Assembly: GCF_032062105.1 (NCBI RefSeq)
Contig: NW_026928915.1
Coordinates: forward strand, 124,001 to 188,000
Origin: Saccostrea cucullata
Taxonomy: Eukaryota
Direction of reading: 5' to 3'
DNA: 64,000 nt
Made by a program: the position numbers and the translations under genes. Under the pieces are notes generated by a model. It was not told where the DNA came from. It was given only the letters and a program-made list of their open reading frames with translations, and searched no databases. This document shows positions 59,438 to 64,000 of the stretch, one piece after another; the first letter of the stretch is position 1; every line of letters begins with the position of its first letter.

Positions 59438-62400
59438 TGTTTTAACAGTTCATTAACCTTCATGAAACCAAAACAGAGAACAGGTCAATGTCCTTCTAAA
59501 TCACAGCTCTGAATGAATTGCTTTTTATAACAGTTTGTGTGTTGTCTTGTTGTTAGCCGAAGATTGGACGATCAGAAAGATTCAGACCCACTCCAAAGAA
59601 AAAAAAGTTTATTTCTACCTAAGAGCACACGTTTATCGATATACGTGTCCAGGCTGTTCTCAATGGAAGAGTTTACAAGTGCAACCTTTTTTCAAAGTAG
59701 GAAATTTATACTTGGATTTTCCAACTTTACAGCTGGAAATTCCAGCTTCAAAATTATTTTTTTCAAACTTTAAAGTGGACTTTTTAACTTTCCAATTTCC
59801 ATCGGGTGTGCATATGCTGTGGTTTTCTGCATGGTCCATAAATGCATCCATTTATTTTCGATTAGAAAGCTACATGTATATATCTGCAGCAAGTTGCAAG
59901 CATGCGTACATGTAAGCTGTGTACCTTTTTTATTAAATTCTAGTATTCCTTGGCGTTAAGATTCCTGGTCAAGCCTAAAAATGCGTTATGAGATGCATTG
60001 CACATCTGTATTTTTTTTTGTTTTGTTTACAATTTAATAAGACACTTTTTAAGTACAAAGGGTTTATTCGTTTAATAATATTGCTTTATGTAAAATACTG
60101 TATAAAGTACTGGTCATTTGTGATCCTGTGATAGTGTTATGTATGTTTCATAAATTAAAAGAATTAAGGGGGAAAAAAGTCTTGTATATATTATAAGGAT
60201 ATTGCATTGCCATTTTAAATACGTGTACATGTATAAATACATGTTTGTACGTATCATTGTAAAAAATAAAATCATAAATGTTACTTACAAAAAAAAATAA
60301 TTATAATAAATTTTTCGTTGAAAAAGACTCCATGCACACAATGTAGTTTTTACAAAATACGATATCAAGTTTATCTTTTTGGCAAAACCATCGATGAAAC
60401 CAAAAAGCAGGTCTTTTAAATGACGAGTTCATGAAGCCTTGCGATACTAGGAATACCAGTAGTTTTCGAGACCTTAAACTCCGTCAGCTGTAAACTACCG
60501 TCCATGAAAATAATTGCCTTTTCTACAACAGAAACAATTTTTTTTTTTTTTTACATTTCCCAAGAACATGTTGTAAAGCTGATAGAATTATGTAGGGATT
60601 CTTGTTCGTAAGTTAAAATATATCAAATAAATATGTTTTTCCAATAATCTACAGATTTGTTGTTTTTTGCTTATCATTATACATGACTACTTAACCACAT
60701 CTAAAAATATTAAAGAAAAAATATACGAAGTACGCAAAGACCTCTATATTCCATGAGGCATTTGTTACGTATACGGGGTACCCCCCCCCCCCCCCAAATA
60801 AGAAGGGTGCCCCGTATATGGAATAAGTGTCTGTACCTATTTCCTAAGAAAATAGAAATTCGGGATAGCCAGTCGATCCGTTTTAGTTACAGTGTCTAGT
60901 ATTTATCTTAATTTTGCTCTATCATCTGATAGACCGTATGTGGTAATATTTTTAAGGGAAACGAAATTTCTTTTTCTTTTGAAATAGAAATGACCATCAC
61001 ATAATTGACAACAGTGAGAGAAAAAGAGGTCAAATGACAGAAAACAATAATATTAGGCTTCCAATCTTTGGTTACAAAAATCTTTGCTAAAATAAAAGGG
61101 GTGAACACTTCAGACACATTGCAAATAAGAAAAATTGATATCACGTGTTTAAAGTTAACCAATGAAAAATCCCAATCAAGTCACGTGTTTAAATATATCA
61201 GCACTTACCAGGTTGTGTATAGGTCGTAAAATTGACCCCGAGACTTTACATTCATAGATTCTGAATAAAACATTTTCGTCACCGTTCTTTCCCTCCTTCA
61301 AAAAAAATAATTTTACCATCACTATTTTACAAAGTGATTAAATATATACAATTTGTAAAGAGATGTAGAGTCTATGTATTATATGTTAATTTGAAACCTA
61401 CTCACTACATAGAAACTTTCAGATAATTGTCTTTTTTGGGAGGGGGTCATGTTTGTTAAGAGAAATTAAGTTCTGATGGCCCGAAACTATTATTTATTTA
61501 ATACTAAAATCTCCTTGAATTTAAATAAAGGTTAATACATGATAGGGTTATAACTGAAAGATAAAAATGATACCAGTATAGTGGTTTATGACTAGTCTGA
61601 CCAATTTCAGTTGAAATGTTTTTCTAGTATTTGATGGTCATGATTCTTTTCACTTTCAATTCTGCTATGTAGATTATCTCTAAGAAACAGGTAGCCAGTG
61701 GACTGTTTTGTAAAACTATGCTTTTTCACTTGTTTTAAAAATAATTTCCTTATCATGATATTATTATCTACTTTTTCAAATATTCTCTGTCTGCATGTAT
61801 TTTTCCCTTTCATTTCAAATAATGAAAAAAGAAAATTTTAATTCTAATTTTAAGTTCAGTCCTTAAACTCTGATATGTAAGCTTTGTGCCCCCTAACAAG
61901 TTGGATCCAAGTCAAAACTTGTCAGAAGAAGCCAAATTTTGAGCTTGCTTTTAATTTCTCTACAAAATCATACAACATTTCTTTGACAAATATTTGGGTG
62001 ACAAAGTCCAATGTTTATGAGTATGATTTTCTTTAAACAATTATTTGAACAATTCTGGAACGCAAAAAAATTAAAATAGAATTCCAAAAAAAGAAAAATT
62101 AATATGAAACAATAAGGTCTATAGACAAGAGGAACTTTTTTTCCAATCCATGCTTACATTGGCGTTTCTTAAAATCATCCAGTCTCGAGAGTCTAAGGTG
62201 CCCGCCATCATTAATCAGAAAAAAACTGACTATTATTGGCAACTCTGAGTGCCATTACTGACTGTTTAGAGCTGGCTGTTGGATACTTGAAAATTAATTG
62301 CAAGCATTCTACAAAATGGATAAAAAATGAGTTTAGCATAACAAAGCGGAAATTTAGAAACGTTTCCAATATTAAAAATTGCTAGTACACGTATTTGAGT

Positions 62401-62989
62401 AATATAATGCAGCAAAGTTTAATGATTAATACCTGAATAAATATTTGATATAAGGTTACATGAAAGATGAAAAAGGTGTTTCAGAAATGTTCAAAGTATA
62501 TTAAGGTATAGGAAACATACTCTGTTATCTAATAATTTTTTTTTTGGTCTCACAATAAAATCCAATCAAAATACTACGGAACGTGTCATAATTACCATCA
62601 GTTTCTTCGGACAAATCTATAAAAAAAAAAAAGACGAGGTGAAATACTACTTTAGTTGGTATATTTCTATAACTAAATGTTTTAAAGCAAAAAGTCAATT
62701 AATTCTGGATTATGGGCACAACGTACATTCAATCGTGATCATACTTTTTACTGATATACATGTAGCATTGACATTCATTTATTAGTGATGTTTTTTTTAC
62801 CTTTTAAAATGTCCTTTATACAGAATTTAAGTTTGAAGTAAACATATTTCTCACTTTGTGGTCTGCATATCATCTATCAAGAATTTAAAAAAAGACAACT
62901 TTTTTCTATGCAAAGATCTCTCAGTATCAAATTTTCTTCAAACAATTACAAACTTACCCATTTGGGCCACAAAAATGCAGACGTTTTGT

Positions 62990-63280
62990 TATTCTTCATG
63001 CAAAATCGAAACTTGCACACCAAATATGAAGTTTATATCTTTCATGGTTCAAAAGTTATGGAGAAGGTTAAAGTTTGCAGAAAAAAGCTATTTTTGGCAA
63101 TAGGTCACAGTCAAGGTCACAAGGTCATTGACTTTGGTGTCATTTGAAAGAGCTTCATTAGTGGAGTATGCATATTAAGTATGAAGTCTCTATCTTTCAT
63201 GGTTCAAAAGTTATTGCGAAGGTTAAAGTTTGCAGACAAACAGACAAACAAACAAACAGACAGACAGGACAAAAACAATA
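62990..63280. mobile_element. HINE-like fragment, same family as 25160-25520
   Basis: Tandem atgaagt(c/t)t(c/a)tatctttcatggttcaaaagttat units and an (acag/acaa)n tract. Confidence 0.65.
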
Positions 63281-64000
63281 AAAATTCTCATAATCTCCAT
63301 TGCGCATCAGTAACAAACTTGATTTTCCTGTGCATTGAATTCACCAGAGCATTTATCTTTTTCATAGGATTATTATTCAACCCTTCCGACGGTAGTCTTA
63401 ATGGCTAAGAGTAGCTATATTATTCCAAAACCAACAAATCCCCCGCCCAATGAATCCCACGAATTTTCGATTTAGGATAGAATATACAGAATCCAGCTGG
63501 TTTGGTACACGTGAATGTTTGTAAAAAAAAATCTTAACAAACACTAGCTACATTTTTCCAGTGTAAACATGCTAGAAACATTACGCATACGACGCGTACG
63601 TGCGCGTTTGAGAGTAAATTCGACGTAAAGTTGCCAAGTTCCCGGTCCAAATTAGAGTAGAGAGTTTCTATCAATTTTAGGGTGAAAAAATGAGTATGAT
63701 TGTCTGCTGTATAAATATCAGTTTCAATGATAATACCTATACAATAACCGAGGTGGCATGATGAATAGCCCTATCTTGATGCGACGTTGTTACGCGCCAA
63801 CGTCACCGTCATGGTTGGTTGGAAACATTTTAAGTTAATCTCTGACAACTGAAAAAAACCTTTTTTTTTTGAAAACTTTAAAACAAACTGCACAGCAACA
63901 TCTTAATTGTTGCCTTTTTATTCACTTACGCAATTCGATTACTTGGAACCAGTGTACCTTCCGTCAGCCATACCATAAAAAAAATTTTTGTAGAAAAGTT

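Overview
AT-rich, intron-containing eukaryotic DNA; repeat families and gene content suggest an oyster-like bivalve (inference). Most real genes are spliced and largely invisible in the ORF track, so I rebuilt them by hand from splice sites and reading-frame phase. In order: (1) a 406-aa orphan, low-complexity protein (3959-5179, -). (2) Two tandem 3-exon genes (13697-15085 and 16186-17375, +), each encoding a signal peptide plus two different Cys-rich peptides separated by a Gly-Lys-Arg amidation/cleavage site; I do not recognise this family. (3) Two 6-exon expansin-like (EXLX1/YoaJ-type) genes (22708-24478 and 26365-28728, -), one lacking the Asp82-equivalent residue. (4) An upstream unit (30587-33460, -) encoding a signal peptide, two CBM2-like domains and a Thr/Pro stalk. 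Its last exon ends in a phase-1 donor that fits in frame onto an acceptor inside the signal-peptide exon of the adjacent expansin, predicting a 628-aa modular expansin. (5) Two tandem F-box/LRR genes with intronless CDS (44651-46861 and 50914-53130, +). The remainder is mobile DNA: more than ten fragments of a Penelope-like (Naiad-type) retroelement, Kolobok-like TTAA MITEs, mariner/Tc1-like TA elements, Helentron-associated (HINE-like) elements and long hairpins, plus a 152-N gap. No CDS could be supported after 53130. No rRNA, tRNA or CRISPR array was seen.
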